From Toensbergia leucococca (lineage: Eukaryota), in contig JALDZS010000028.1 in NCBI GenBank assembly GCA_022813965.1, forward strand, positions 124,001 to 178,160: 54,160 nt of DNA, read 5' to 3'. Position 1 is the stretch's first letter. Each line of letters starts with the position of its first letter. Positions 1 to 12,300 of this stretch are shown here, piece after piece. A program made the position numbers and the translations under genes. A model generated the notes under the pieces. That model did no database searches. It had not been told where the DNA came from and saw only the letters and a list, made by a program, of their open reading frames with translations.

Positions 1-3000
1 GGGATGGATGGTATGAAACAAACCCAGGGTAGAAACAGCAGGAAAGTCAGTATTGCTAGTTCCACATCGATCGATCAGGCTCCTCCCACCAAGCCAACAA
101 GGCTTTCACGCCAAATCAGTTTCGGTCTCCGGGGTTTCAATGTTGCAGCCCCGAAAGCCACGGCGAGTACCGAGCTATCGTCCGAGTATGCAAAGTCAGC
201 ATCTCCTTTGACTCGTGGGCCACGATCACAACCATCTGTAAAGGCCCATGATGGTGTCCAAACCACCCAATCCGAAACAATCGCTACTTTAACCTTAGCA
301 AGTCCGAAACTTTCACAGGATGATACCAAACATCTCGAGGCGATAAGTCCCTCGTATCTTGAGCAACGCCGACCTTCTAGGCCGATAAACATTAGAAACA
401 TTACTCCCTCTAGCAAGAATGAGCAGCTTGAGACTCTGGGAAGCGATAGAGATTTTGAACCAAGCCAAAGTCTCGACAAACTTTTGGATCCCTCTCCACC
501 AAAACATCTGAGTTCGGAGCTAGAACATTCCAGTGGAGTCGATGTACAACAACCCCCGACTGTACTATCACCTAGTAGTGCTATGAATCCTTGGTTAACT
601 GTTCTAAATCCATCAAATCCTCACAAAACAGATGAAGACCTTACTCATCGACTAGGTAGATGGCAGCATATTTTCCCTCGACCCTTGCGTGCTTCATCGA
701 TTAAGTGGAAATCATTATGCAGTCCGGCAGCAGTGCCTCTTACGACCGAAGAATTTCCTACGTTTGAGCAACTTCGAACAGAGTATCAAGAGAGCCTGTA
801 CCGCGTCTGGTTTTCCAGCGACAGTAACGTATCAGAGAATCCTAAAACTCGAGATTGGCTCGTGAGAGAAATAATAGGCTTCAGACTATCTCACGGTTTC
901 CAAATCGTTGTAGGCACGAGGCTCGGTAGAGCTGTGGGAGAGCTTGACTTGAAGCAAATGCAAGTGTTTGATGGAAAGAGCGTGTTTGAAGATGGTACTG
1001 TGATTTTCATGTCTAGAGGAAGCGCGATTCATAGACTATCGTGCGTTGACACCAACGGTGTAGAGATCAAACGCTTGATACGTCGTCCTATAGCAAGAGT
1101 ACTGCCGGACGCTGGTGACGAAACATTTGTTATTTATAAGCCTGCAATTCGGACTCAGCTCGGCGAAAGCTACGAGCACCGGGAAATTGTTATTTCTTCT
1201 CCTCGACGCGAAGAACTGAATTGGAACTCAATTGACAACTTTCTTGCTGGCCACGAGCAGCAGCAATTTGATCGACTCCCAGAGACCCTTCGTTTTTGGC
1301 GTGCCCGATTTGTACTTGTACCCGTGGACCCGCCATCGAGCACGCGACGTCCGCTACATTCACTCAACGAAGACAACGAAGAGGAGATTCGATTGGAAGG
1401 GCTCCGGAAATTGACGCAGATGTGGCAGCGGTTCCGACACGTTCTTCCAGACGATCGCCGCTTTCAAGCTTCTGTAAGAAAACCCAAGGATACCAACCCG
1501 TTGGACATCGAGTATCACACGAGCGATCCCTCGAAAATTGTAGCAGCTAAGATGGACAGCACTCTATCGTCGGACAATGAACTGATTGGAAGACCAGTGC
1601 AATTACTTCCAGAGACTGAGCTATTCCAACGATCTGCCTTGAACCTTTCGTCACTAGCTCAGACCATTCAGAGTGATAAAGGTATAAGAATGATGGACAG
1701 AAGATGGCATCTGAGGCTACATTACAATTGCTTCATCGGCTTTGAGTTTACTAGCTGGTGCCTAGAAAACTTCAAAGATATCGACAAGCGTGAAGAGGCT
1801 GTTGAGCTGGGCAATGAGCTCATGAAAGGTGGCCTGTTCGAGCATGTTGAGCAGCGGCACAATTTCCGAGACGGTAATTTCTTCTATCAGATTGCGAGCC
1901 AGTACCGCACCCCTAGGCCAGAGTCAAGGAGCAGCTGGTTTGGGGCTCGCAAACCCGACAAATCTGTGCCTTCAACTCCGATTGTTGAGGGCATCAACAA
2001 GTCTTCGTCGCGCCCAAGCTCGCAGTCGAACCATGACGGGTCTCAAACACCCGATACTTCGACGCCAACTCCCACCAAGACACGCCCGGGCGTGGCATTA
2101 AGTAGGTCGTTGCGGTATGATGTGGATTACCGGAAACGGAGTTTTCGGCCAGAGATCATAAACCTTCACTATGATCGAGTGCACCATCCTGACAATTGTT
2201 ATCATATCCGGATTGACTGGATGAACGTGACATCAAAACTCATCGAGGACGCAATCGTTTCATGGGCCACGGCTAGTGATAAGTTTGGGATCCGGCTGGT
2301 CGAAGTTCCCATCGCAGAAGCTTCCGCCATCAGCAGCATACATCCTTTCCGAGCTCCCTATGTGGTCAAGCTTGCGCAGTATCCGCCGAAGAGACAGCCA
2401 CAGCAATACTTCGACGCCACTTCTTTCGATTCTCAATTTCCAAATGACGATAAATTCTATCAGAAAGCAATTCTAAAGAAGTTCAATTTTGTCCTCGACC
2501 TCGAAGCCGCAACTGACTTTCCTCCCAACGTCGAAGTCACTTACTCGTGGGGCAAGCCTGATTATCGCTACTCGCAATACATCCACCGCTCAGGAGTTCT
2601 GCTTGCACAAATCAACGACCAAGGCGACTTCCTCATCCTAGCCAACAGACTCTACAACAATCGCAGTGCCGCAACAAAAGACGCCAACAAGTTAGAAAAT
2701 GCAGACCTCCAAGAAACCGAATCCCACCCGGCCAGATTCCCCTCGGCCCACGAGTCGCCCCGAATCTCTCCCTTCACATCCCCTTTAGTCCGCGCCACTC
2801 TCGACATCTCGGCCGCCGGCGGCTTTGCAAAATCCGGTCTGGCGACCGCATTCGCCACGCCTGGAAAAATCAAACAAGATCTCGAGGCCTTTTGCGAAGA
2901 TGCTGCGGCGCTGGACCAGTTCTACGGGGATCTCCTTCGGAAGACACCGTCGCCAGGACCAAATACCCCGTTTATGGAAAGTAGTATCCCTACTTTGGGG

Positions 3001-3087
3001 TTGCCGCCGAGCTTGACGTTGAGGGAGGGATCCGCGTCACCGAAGCCGAGCGCTAGTGCAGGGGGGCTGGGGGAGGGGAAAGAGTGA
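1..3087 (+). CDS. IML1: Vacuolar membrane-associated protein Iml1/Sea1 (DEPDC5 ortholog, SEACIT/GATOR1 subunit), 5'-truncated by window
   Basis: Long ORF with the KWKSLCSPAAVPLTTEEFP motif, RFWRARFVLVP, EEEIRLEGLRKLTQMWQR, a DEP domain (GIRMMDRRWHLRLHYNCFIG...RHNFRDGNFFY) and a C-terminal LHYDRVHHPDNCYHIRIDWM...QYIHRSG region. Confidence 0.95.
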   Translation, partial: GMDGMKQTQGRNSRKVSIASSTSIDQAPPTKPTRLSRQISFGLRGFNVAAPKATASTELSSEYAKSASPLTRGPRSQPSVKAHDGVQTTQSETIATLTLASPKLSQDDTKHLEAISPSYLEQRRPSRPINIRNITPSSKNEQLETLGSDRDFEPSQSLDKLLDPSPPKHLSSELEHSSGVDVQQPPTVLSPSSAMNPWLTVLNPSNPHKTDEDLTHRLGRWQHIFPRPLRASSIKWKSLCSPAAVPLTTEEFPTFEQLRTEYQESLYRVWFSSDSNVSENPKTRDWLVREIIGFRLSHGFQIVVGTRLGRAVGELDLKQMQVFDGKSVFEDGTVIFMSRGSAIHRLSCVDTNGVEIKRLIRRPIARVLPDAGDETFVIYKPAIRTQLGESYEHREIVISSPRREELNWNSIDNFLAGHEQQQFDRLPETLRFWRARFVLVPVDPPSSTRRPLHSLNEDNEEEIRLEGLRKLTQMWQRFRHVLPDDRRFQASVRKPKDTNPLDIEYHTSDPSKIVAAKMDSTLSSDNELIGRPVQLLPETELFQRSALNLSSLAQTIQSDKGIRMMDRRWHLRLHYNCFIGFEFTSWCLENFKDIDKREEAVELGNELMKGGLFEHVEQRHNFRDGNFFYQIASQYRTPRPESRSSWFGARKPDKSVPSTPIVEGINKSSSRPSSQSNHDGSQTPDTSTPTPTKTRPGVALSRSLRYDVDYRKRSFRPEIINLHYDRVHHPDNCYHIRIDWMNVTSKLIEDAIVSWATASDKFGIRLVEVPIAEASAISSIHPFRAPYVVKLAQYPPKRQPQQYFDATSFDSQFPNDDKFYQKAILKKFNFVLDLEAATDFPPNVEVTYSWGKPDYRYSQYIHRSGVLLAQINDQGDFLILANRLYNNRSAATKDANKLENADLQETESHPARFPSAHESPRISPFTSPLVRATLDISAAGGFAKSGLATAFATPGKIKQDLEAFCEDAAALDQFYGDLLRKTPSPGPNTPFMESSIPTLGLPPSLTLREGSASPKPSASAGGLGEGKE

Positions 3088-5399
3088 TATTGGATGGGGA
3101 TTTTAAATCGAGGCTGGGTGGTATGGTAGGATAGAGATTGCTATTTTCTGCTTGTTTCACATTCTCTACCCTCATTTACTTGACATAAAGAAGCTCATTA
3201 TTCGGTAAATCGAACGTGTGTTAAATCAGTCAGCAGGCATAGAGATAGATCGCTTTCAGAAGTGAGACTATTATGTAACACGGAATTTCAAAAGTCTTGG
3301 GCAGGTGCTCTAGACGTCTTAACATTTAATTCATACAGCAGTTGCGCAATAACAATTGGGTCTCAAAATCTCAAAAGACATGTTCGAGGAATGTGTTCGC
3401 TGAGCTAAGCTTCAAACAAGTAAGCTTCCTCTTGTTCAAAAATAAACAAGGTAGGTACTCAAATTCATGATTACCTGTAACTGTTGCTGAGAAAGCATTC
3501 AGTATACACGCAAATTCTCCGGAGTCATGTGCAAAATCAGCCACTATTTGGACAAAAACATGCCTCACATATGTAAATGCATTTTATTAGAAATGAATTG
3601 ACACATCTCTTTACCGCCTCTTCCTAGTCCTTTCAAGTCGACATTGTCCGCATCTTCCACTACGAAACAAAATACCAAACACAATTCCAATACCTACGGT
3701 TCGTAGCAACCCTAGGTGAACGAGTATTCTGTACCTTGGAAACTCCTAGCTTACCCCCCTGGGTGGCTGCCAGAGTGACAGTGAAAGGGATATGCCCTAA
3801 GTTGGCTGGATTTTGCAAGTTAACATTTGTGCTAAGCGCGGAAAAGTAGCGGATCGAGGGATGCACAGCGCGGCCGGACCAACGACTATCCAGTGCCAAG
3901 AGAAGCTAGTGATTTTCTACCACTCCTCGACTCGACTTGGATTTTGCTACTTCGCAAGTCTTTACAATGTGTCAACCCTTGAAACTCAGTCAAGATGAAG
4001 GAACCAAGAGTGCAGGTTAGCCTTGTCTCATCAACAAGGAGTAAATTAATCACTTAAGAGATATCTTTAGCAAGTGAGTCGGACCAGGAAAGGGGGGAAG
4101 CCGCCATTACTTACACAGGACGACTTTGCCTGTTTCAGTGATATTGTACAGCATACTTGCAACAGCTGAAGATCAAATCAGCTTGCTCCATGATTGCCCC
4201 AGAAATTCCTTGAATTTGTCAAGAGAGAACAACGATGGCAAGGCGATTCAACTTCATTCGAGTCTTCGAGGACAAACACAAAATCTATTTACATATCTAT
4301 CGAGTGCGCCATCTTGCAACTCAATTATGCTATCATCTTCTAGTGATTTATTATGCCTCGTTCGCTCGCCTGTCCTTTTGATATGATAGGGGCATAATAC
4401 CAAGGGAATCTAATGCGAATCGTGCCTTTAACCAGGCATCGCTCAGCATTTGATTTACATGTAAACAGACTTTTGACTTAGGTGCGCACAGGTACAGGGC
4501 CAGTAAACATCGAGGTCTGCATTCTTGTCTCCTCGCCTGAGGATAGCCAGCGCCGCAATCTTGCTTCAAGGATGCTTTGCGAAACTTGACAATATGAGGA
4601 CAGGTAAAATAAGGGGGGAATCTACTTCTAGTATTCTGGGTTAAAGTATCAATCTTAACTGTGAGTATACTTTCGCCTTCTTTCTCGATTCCCACCCTTT
4701 GGATATTGCTTGTTGTGGACTTTTCTTGAAATCGATCTTGATCTCCAAATGAGAGCCAAAAATCTGCCATTTTTACTGTACAATTCATCTCATTCATTAT
4801 CCATAGCTACTCACAATGCCATCGGTCAGTTAAAGTAATCCCGTATTCGGTCTCAATGTCTATTCCGCTTCACACGGTGAAATAACTCATCGTATACTTG
4901 TAAGTATCATCTCTTTACAAGCCGGAACCTCCGTTGAAAGTATAGCAGAATCTGCATCACTATTGTCAACGCTAGCAGAGGCTCATACATCTCTGAACCT
5001 GGCAGACTCAATGGAGCCTCAACGGCTCTTGGATGGATCCAGGTGCTCCATTGTTTAACGAAAACGCGGGAAGGTCTTTATTCTCATCTAGTTCTCAAGA
5101 AAGCGGGAATACACGGTCTCTTACCCACCCACTTTGGTCGTTTATAGTAAGCGTTACACCCTCATTCATCATTTCACAGACATACCTATACAAGGGTAAC
5201 CGAGATTTTTGGAGAAATCACAACTTTTTCAGCAGTTGGCCCTGCAGCGAATTCAGTAGGATCATAGGATTCATCGCATGTAGCAGCAGGATACAATCCG
5301 ACATGGATTCACATTGTCAATAAAAGCAGCAAGTCGACATTATTTGACAAGAACGGCAGGCCTAACAGTACAGAGACTCTAAGTACCAACTTTATCTAC

Positions 5400-7650
5400 A
5401 CCAATATTCATGCCAACCCGGTCGGACCCATACCAGCCCGGTGCTACCAGGTCTCATTCACCCGTCCGAGTCTAGCAGTGGCTTATGTTATTCAAGACTT
5501 CGTTGTTGAGCTGAGCGATGGAAAATGGAGTACACCAAAGCCTGACAGGCCTGTGTGCGAAACCGATACGTTATCGTATACAGTTGAGCAAGATCCTAAT
5601 ATACCTGGTTACCCTGATATGTGCGATTGAATGTGTAGGTATTGTAACATATACTTACCGTCTGTGAACGTGTATTGTTGGCTGATTGAAATGAGGGGCA
5701 CTGATTGGTATAGCAACACTACCCATACTCGTGAAGCAATAACTCTACGAGTCAACGTCAATTGTTTCAAAACAAAACTTCGCGATTAATCTTTGGTTGG
5801 TAATGGGAGCTACGCTATTGGTCCATATGGAATTACTTTGTATTTATCTCATATCCCTTTCTACAGCAAGTAAATGCTGACTCTAATCTAGCACCTTTCC
5901 CTCCGTATACGTTATGTTTCCTGAGGTCTCAGCAGCTGGTAATTGTGGGCAAATTGGGTACGATCAAAACTCAAAAATCCGTTGGCCTTGCCCCAGTCCC
6001 AGGACAGTTTGTCCACAATAGACAGTTACCAAACCTGAAGCTTCAATTTCGCACATTTGGAATGTCCGCTTTCATTAGAAGATGGAGGCATCTCTTTTCC
6101 TGGAAAGGGATACAGACCAATAACAGCACCACCACCCCAGCTGAGCAATTTTCATCCTTTCTGAGGTGATTGCTCGATTCAGCCTTTTCAAGGCGATGAT
6201 CCCCCATGCGCCATGACATCCATCCCAGTATTTGCCGCTTCCACAACGCCTAATGAACATCTGACCATCACTACGCCAGCAAGTTCAAGCTCATCACTGC
6301 TCACTCTCCCGGCCAACGCCGGGTCGCATTCTTTGAAAGTAGCTATGAGCGTGGACCCATCTCAGCCTTTTTCAGTCTTTGAATCCGCCCAACTAACAGT
6401 TGTTGGCGGTTTATTGTCCTCGGTCCATTATACCCCAACATCAAAGTTTCAAAGCGACCCTTGGTTGCTCATTCAAAGCAATTCTCCGGTCCAGAGTAGG
6501 CGGCCCTTTTTTTCAATCAAAGGCGACCCAACAGTCTTTCAACCAAGGTAAAGTCCAGTCAACGTCAAGTGCTGGGAAAGAGACACTATTATCTGCTTTG
6601 CCCGCAAGTGCATCTTTTTATCGGCGCATCAAAGTTTCCCCTCAAATCAAGCTAATTCTTTAGCTACTACCTTACCATCTTATCACCCGAAATTAGTGTT
6701 CAGCAGCACACGCTATCGTCAATTTCGCCTTTTACTAAAACAGATGGCAATAGCGTTCTCTACTCATCGGATTCTATTTACATCGACGGTACAGCGGTAA
6801 TCTTACCTACACTCCGTCATGGCCAACCAGAGCCTAGTCCTATCATTGTGGCTAGTCTGACTATTTCAGCCGCTTGGCACGATGCTTCTTTTGTCACCTT
6901 GACTAGGAACATAGCAGAATGTACACCCGGATTCCGGACTGCTGAGATATCAAAGAGCATTTGACTCTTTGGTAAGGGAACATCTTCAACCACTAATTCC
7001 GGCAATCCAGTCGCATTTGGGTCGTCGGAACTCATTGTTGGCACTATTACTCACAAGCTATCATAGGCACCCAGTCTTACAGTGACTAGGTAGCTTTGGT
7101 GATGAATCTGTTGTTGCTAGACCTTCTGCGATCCTTGAAGTCGGAGGCACTTCATTAATCTTTGGAGGTTCCGCTCTGACGTTCGCTAGAACTATCTTAT
7201 GGATCATCTGGCTTCTTAGTTGGAACTAGTACTGTGTGATTACCTTGATCAAGCGTCTTCTCAAGTAGAAACTAGGATCTTGTTTTAGATCTGAACGAGG
7301 ATACCGTCAGCGACCCACCTCTGCTAGGAGCTGGTCCTGCCATCATCGTCTCGGGAATCCCAGTCTTCATAGTTCCTTCCGATTTGATCGTCGGCTCCAG
7401 CACAATCTCTTTGACCTCATCGACCCCACTTCTCATCGCTAGTCAAACACTCGTGGTTATCCCCACAACATTCTCTACTGTAAGTGTGTCAGCATTTGGA
7501 GAAAGTATATCTCCATCGCTGAAAGTTCTCACTATCATTTATGCTGGTCGTGGCTTTTTTGACGATTGAATAGCCCGACGAGTTGCAATTACAGGGACGG
7601 ATGGTAGCACAGGAAACGCATGGAAGCAATAAGAACGAAGGTCTATTATT
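5400..7650 (+). pseudogene. Decayed Ser/Thr-rich adhesin/mucin-like cell-surface protein gene
   Basis: Fragments in shifting frames resemble fungal cell-wall mucin-like proteins (PSVYVMFPEVSAAGNCGQIG ~5900; NSGNPVAFGSSELIVG ~6990; GAGPAIIVSGIPVFIVPSDLIVGSSTISL ~7330). They are separated by many stops and frameshifts. Boundaries approximate. Confidence 0.6.
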
Positions 7651-7970
7651 GGTGTAAAGATGAAAGCCGATGGCTCAGTGATGAAATGTAAAATTCCTTC
7701 CGGTTCCGGGGATGAATCTACAGCAATACTTGGTGTTATTCACACCATTCCACACGTCTTGTCTGTATCATGTTGAATGGTTCAGGTCTTAGCACTTGAT
7801 ACTTGACAACACTTCCCTTCAACGTGTCTACTCTCATCATTTCACTTTAGAACACACTCATTCAACCCAGCTGTGTGTTTGAGATACGAAATTCAACTTT
7901 CGCCGAAGCTGCCTCGCTCGCCAACTTCACAACGCCACGGTCACAGAAAGTTGTCAACCTTGCGGTTGAA

Positions 7971-9074
7971 ATGGGTAAGCCACACACTGACAGCCCCACC
8001 TAAGTCGTCTTGTCACTCTTGTCTCGCCTAAAGATTGTGCCTTGTACCTACCTCGCCTACCTACCTACCTAATTAAGTCCCGTGAGTACTGTAACAAAGC
8101 TGCTGCTTACCGTGATCTTTTTTGACAGACTCGCCTACCGAGCATGCGGATGAAGCCCCTACCACTCCTTTTAGCGCCTCTATTTACCATGAAGTCTCCA
8201 AATATGATCCTGCTTGGATGCAAAACAATAATATCGATCAAGCCGTGCTGCAAACCTTCTCTAGCAAAATCCATTTGAGCGCCCTGTTTTCCAAAGGCGT
8301 TCTCAAAGTTGGTGACGACTGGCGTCTCAAATGGGTGTCTAGCACAGGGACCAGAATCAAGATGGCAAAGGTGAGCCCCGGCGTACAGTCTTTGAATCTG
8401 TCCGTGTCTAATAACTCCACAAGGTCAGAGGCATCGTACGATCCTGCCCCACAATGGTCTACCCAGCAGGCATATCGACATATTTTGACCAGCATGTTGA
8501 AAATCGTGTCCTGGCAAATGTGGAAGGCCCTTACGATATTATTATAGCCGCAAGTAGAGAGGCCGGAGAAGAGTGTATCCCCTCGATGTCGCGCAAATGG
8601 CAATCCATCACTGTCTTTAGGGACGGCAAAGATCTCGGTACGTTGTGGGACATCCGCCAGGCTTTCAATCATTGGCAGAACTTGCAAGACGCCGAGGCAG
8701 TTCGCACTGGAAGAGGCAATCGTAGGCGGCGCATACCAAAGAACTTAAGACCCGTCTTAGCATTTCGAAATGGACTCCTACACCACAGGCTGCCCGATGG
8801 TTCGTTTGTGAGGGCCTCGATCGATCTTCCGATTCCTTCAATCAACCTTCCTGCTCGTCGTCGAGCTCCATCTTTGACTCCTTTCACTAGTCCTACTAAT
8901 GCTTTTTCGGTTCCTTCAACGCCATTCCCACTTTTCACTCCGACTTCTTACCCGGGACCTCTTCAGGATCCTTGTTTGACTACTCTCACCAGTCAACCCA
9001 CCGACCCATCTTCAACTCTTGCAACAGAAACTTTCATAGAGACTAGCCTGCTGGATCCGTTGCTATTTCTTTAG
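7971..9074 (+). CDS. Hypothetical protein resembling the C-terminal (RAMA-like) region of fungal ASX-homology/DEUBAD proteins
   Basis: Inferred exons 7971-7974 (ATGG), 8129-8370 and 8424-9074 join in frame via GT-AG introns. Motifs KYDPAWM, SSKIHLSALFSKGVLKVGDDW and WQSITVFRDGKDLGTLWDIRQ; Pro/Thr-rich tail. First microexon uncertain. Confidence 0.6.
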
Positions 9075-10692
9075 GTCTGTTCCTAATTAGCAATCTTAAA
9101 GATCACTGGTCGACCATCTAGTAAGATGAGTTCAACGTGGTCTCCAAAGTCGACCTCTTGACGGTGTTGGTAGCGACTGCATTGGGGAGTGAGAGGTCTT
9201 TGGAGAGCATTGTCTACGAAAGTAGGCTATTCCATGGTCTGCGTTGGAATACAAGTTCTTGACTGTGTTACATTCATTGCGCTGTGGTCTCTTCACAGCC
9301 ACCTGGTGCCAGCGTGGATTACACGGAAGGCCACCGCTTGGGTCCTCTTGCCTCTACAAAGTCTCTACGAGAGGGAAACCAGCCTTGTTTTTCCAACTAG
9401 GATATTTTTTCAAATGTATGTGACTTTCTCTACTTAATGGTGTTGACGATGTTGTGGCGAAGGTACCTTTTGAAGTGACAATCTCTTCGGTAGAGATAGT
9501 AGCTCTTTTAAGAGGTCGTGAGCTTTGCAGAACTGTCTTAGCAAATTTCACATAGAAATGTACTTCGAACAATGTCAGGGTGAAAAAGATTTATGCCTGT
9601 AAAATTTGCTATAATTCTTTAGGGAATGATGTGTATTTGACTCAGTGTGGTAGAAGTTGTGGCTAAGCAATTAAATTCATGTTAGAATAGGTGTCCTACC
9701 GTCCATTCTCTTATTCTCCATGATAAATTAGTAGGTGCTGCGGTAGCTCACGAGCTCACGCAGAGACTCGGAATGAAATCAGCCTCGCCAGCCTAGCTCT
9801 ATTCTACCGTATGCCTCATTGGGTGATCCGGTGAAATAAGGTGCTAATCCTTTTTCGTCATCTGATGAGCGGTTTCAGCCTGATGCCAACACATACCCAC
9901 GGACCATTGTTTTCATTTATATGATGGTCATCTATCTACACTCTACTCACAATGACTCTTTCCCTTTAATATCAATTGACTATGACTACATGACTTTGTC
10001 AACTACAGCAAACATTTACTTAAAGGGTTCTGAACAAAGCTTCTATCAATTCCTGAAGGGAGACACTGAACACTAAACACATGATAGTAGAAACATGTCT
10101 GAGACTGTGTTTCAGAAGGGCATGAATAACATGCAAAAATTCAGTCTCTATGTTTCAAATTCTCAAGATGTCAATTTATCATTCTAGCTCTCTCCGAATC
10201 AAAGCTCATTCACTTGACATCCTCAGATATGATGAGGGCTATTATTGAGATGATCTATTTTATGCAGATTTCATGTACTTGATCTGCTACCCATCTCAGC
10301 TTCTTCTTTTTATGCATCTCCGTCAATTTTGGCATATACAACATTTTCTAACCCGCCTACCACCACCTTTTCTATTGTTCTAGGCGGCTATGGTCAGGAC
10401 ACGTCAAGAGGATACACAGCCCGCAGAACATCAACCCGCCAAAGTTCAGGCCTACCAAAGGCGGCGGTAATTAAGAAGCACGTCATGTATCAAGTCTTGA
10501 ATGATTTGAGTGTGAGTTTTGCATTTTTAGAAAGCTCTCACACGAGCATAGAAATCACAAACACGGTACGCCACCAAAGGAACGACCCATCTAGAGCCCC
10601 CAACAGAAGAAAAGACGACATCAGCAGCTACTGCACCTCCGGCAGCGACCCCAACTCCAAGACCCCAAACTCTTGAACCCAAAACCCACATA

Positions 10693-12300
10693 TCAAACTT
10701 CCTTCACAATAACCCCATCCTCACTCTCCCTCCCCTCAACCACCAACCTCCACCTCCTACCCTCCTCCCTCGCAACCCTCAACTCCCTCCTCAACCCAGC
10801 AACCTCTCCCCTCAACCTCTCCAACTCATCCCCACACTCCTCAAACCTAGCCGCCCACTCTCCAACCCTCCTCTGCTCGCCCCTCTCCCACGCCGTGCCC
10901 CCAGCAACACTCCGCCCAACAACCGTCTGCACCGTCCCCTTCTCCTCCAACCGCCTCGCCGCCTCCCCGCCTGGCCGCACATCCCAAGCCGGCACCACAA
11001 ACATCGTCTCCAACCCTTGAACCCTCCAAATCCGACTGGTGACCTCAATCCAAGCACACACCCTCCCCTCGTCCTCTTCCTCGGCCGCACCCAACTTCTC
11101 CCTCCAACCCGCCTCCCTCTTTTCAATCTCCCTCTCTCTAACCCCCAACTCCTCCCCAAGCCGCCCCCACAACCCCTCCGTCAACCCACAAAGCACATAC
11201 CGATCCTGCGGCCAAACCAACTCCCTCCCCCCGTCTACCCCTACCATCCCCCTCCTCGCCCCCGGCACCACCGCCTCCCCAGCCAAACACTCCCTCAACC
11301 CCCCCAACTCCCTCTCCAACTCCCCAACCCGACCAACAAGACCGGTCATATAAAGCAACCACTGACCCAAAAACGTCTCCCTCACCCTCTCCCTCGCCTC
11401 CACGTCCTCAGCCGGCGGCACAATGGCAAAAAGCCCCCCCTGCGCGCTATACAAGTGATCGACAAACTCCAGCACCGCACTCGCATGCTCCACAACCCGC
11501 ACCCTGGCCTCCAAATCGGGCCTCTCCTGCGCAAGCGGACACCCTACCAAGCGCCTCCTCTCCCCACTGGCCGCATCCGTGTATTCGGCAAGCGTATTCC
11601 GCAGCGAGCGCAGCGGCAGATGATGACTCCTTCCCGCATTGACATAGGGAGTATACAAATCGTCCAAGAAATCAAACGCATCCACCCCCTCCCCCCCTTC
11701 CTCCACCTCCTCAACATCCCCAGCCACAAGCAACTGAATCAGCAAGCACAAGCCCTGGGCATGTTTTTTCAGCTGCAGCAGCGTCGGGCCCGACGAGGCG
11801 GTCGGGTGCGAGAAGAAGCTGCAATTCAGATGCGAGAGGTGCTGTTCCGGGGCGTGGGGTAAGGCGGCGGTTGTGCGGAGGGTGGGGAGGAGGGAGGGGA
11901 GGTAGGCACTTGCGTGTTGGTGGGCTGGGATGGGGATCTCGCCTGTGCGGAGGGGGGGGTTGGAGAAGGGGGGGTGGTTGAGGTAGGAGGGGGCGGGGGA
12001 GGTGGGGATGTTGCTGGCACCTGCGCCGCCGCCTCGGAGGAAGGGGGTGGTGGGGGGTGGGTGATCGGTGGCGGTTGGGGCGTTGTAGGGCATTTCTCGT
12101 GCGGAGGAAGGGAAGGGCGGGGTGCCGATTGTGAAGATTTCCGAGGCTGAGGCTGAGGTGGAGGGGGGATCTGCGAAGAGGGCGGATGTGGAGGCGTTGG
12201 GGGTGTCGAGGTCCATTTCTGCTTCTGTGGTTGAGGAGACTGATTCGGTTGAGGGGGCACGGAAGGTGGGGGGTTTTCTGGCTGGCCTTTTAGTTGGCAT
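10693..12300 (-). CDS. Hypothetical protein (535 aa), Pro-rich N-terminus, coiled-coil C-terminus
   Basis: Single long ORF from ATG with a globular-looking core (LQLKKHAQGLCLLI, DAFDFLDDL, FLGQWLLY, PQDRYVL). The overlapping ORFs are low-complexity shadows. Confidence 0.8.
   Translation of the reverse strand: MPTKRPARKPPTFRAPSTESVSSTTEAEMDLDTPNASTSALFADPPSTSASASEIFTIGTPPFPSSAREMPYNAPTATDHPPPTTPFLRGGGAGASNIPTSPAPSYLNHPPFSNPPLRTGEIPIPAHQHASAYLPSLLPTLRTTAALPHAPEQHLSHLNCSFFSHPTASSGPTLLQLKKHAQGLCLLIQLLVAGDVEEVEEGGEGVDAFDFLDDLYTPYVNAGRSHHLPLRSLRNTLAEYTDAASGERRRLVGCPLAQERPDLEARVRVVEHASAVLEFVDHLYSAQGGLFAIVPPAEDVEARERVRETFLGQWLLYMTGLVGRVGELERELGGLRECLAGEAVVPGARRGMVGVDGGRELVWPQDRYVLCGLTEGLWGRLGEELGVREREIEKREAGWREKLGAAEEEDEGRVCAWIEVTSRIWRVQGLETMFVVPAWDVRPGGEAARRLEEKGTVQTVVGRSVAGGTAWERGEQRRVGEWAARFEECGDELERLRGEVAGLRRELRVAREEGRRWRLVVEGRESEDGVIVKEV

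Noticed and set aside
4536..4590. CTGAGGA...GAAAC hammerhead-like core
   Set aside because: Stems I-III could not be formed convincingly.
4351..4797. 148-aa minus-strand ORF
   Set aside because: No recognisable motifs or coding-like composition.
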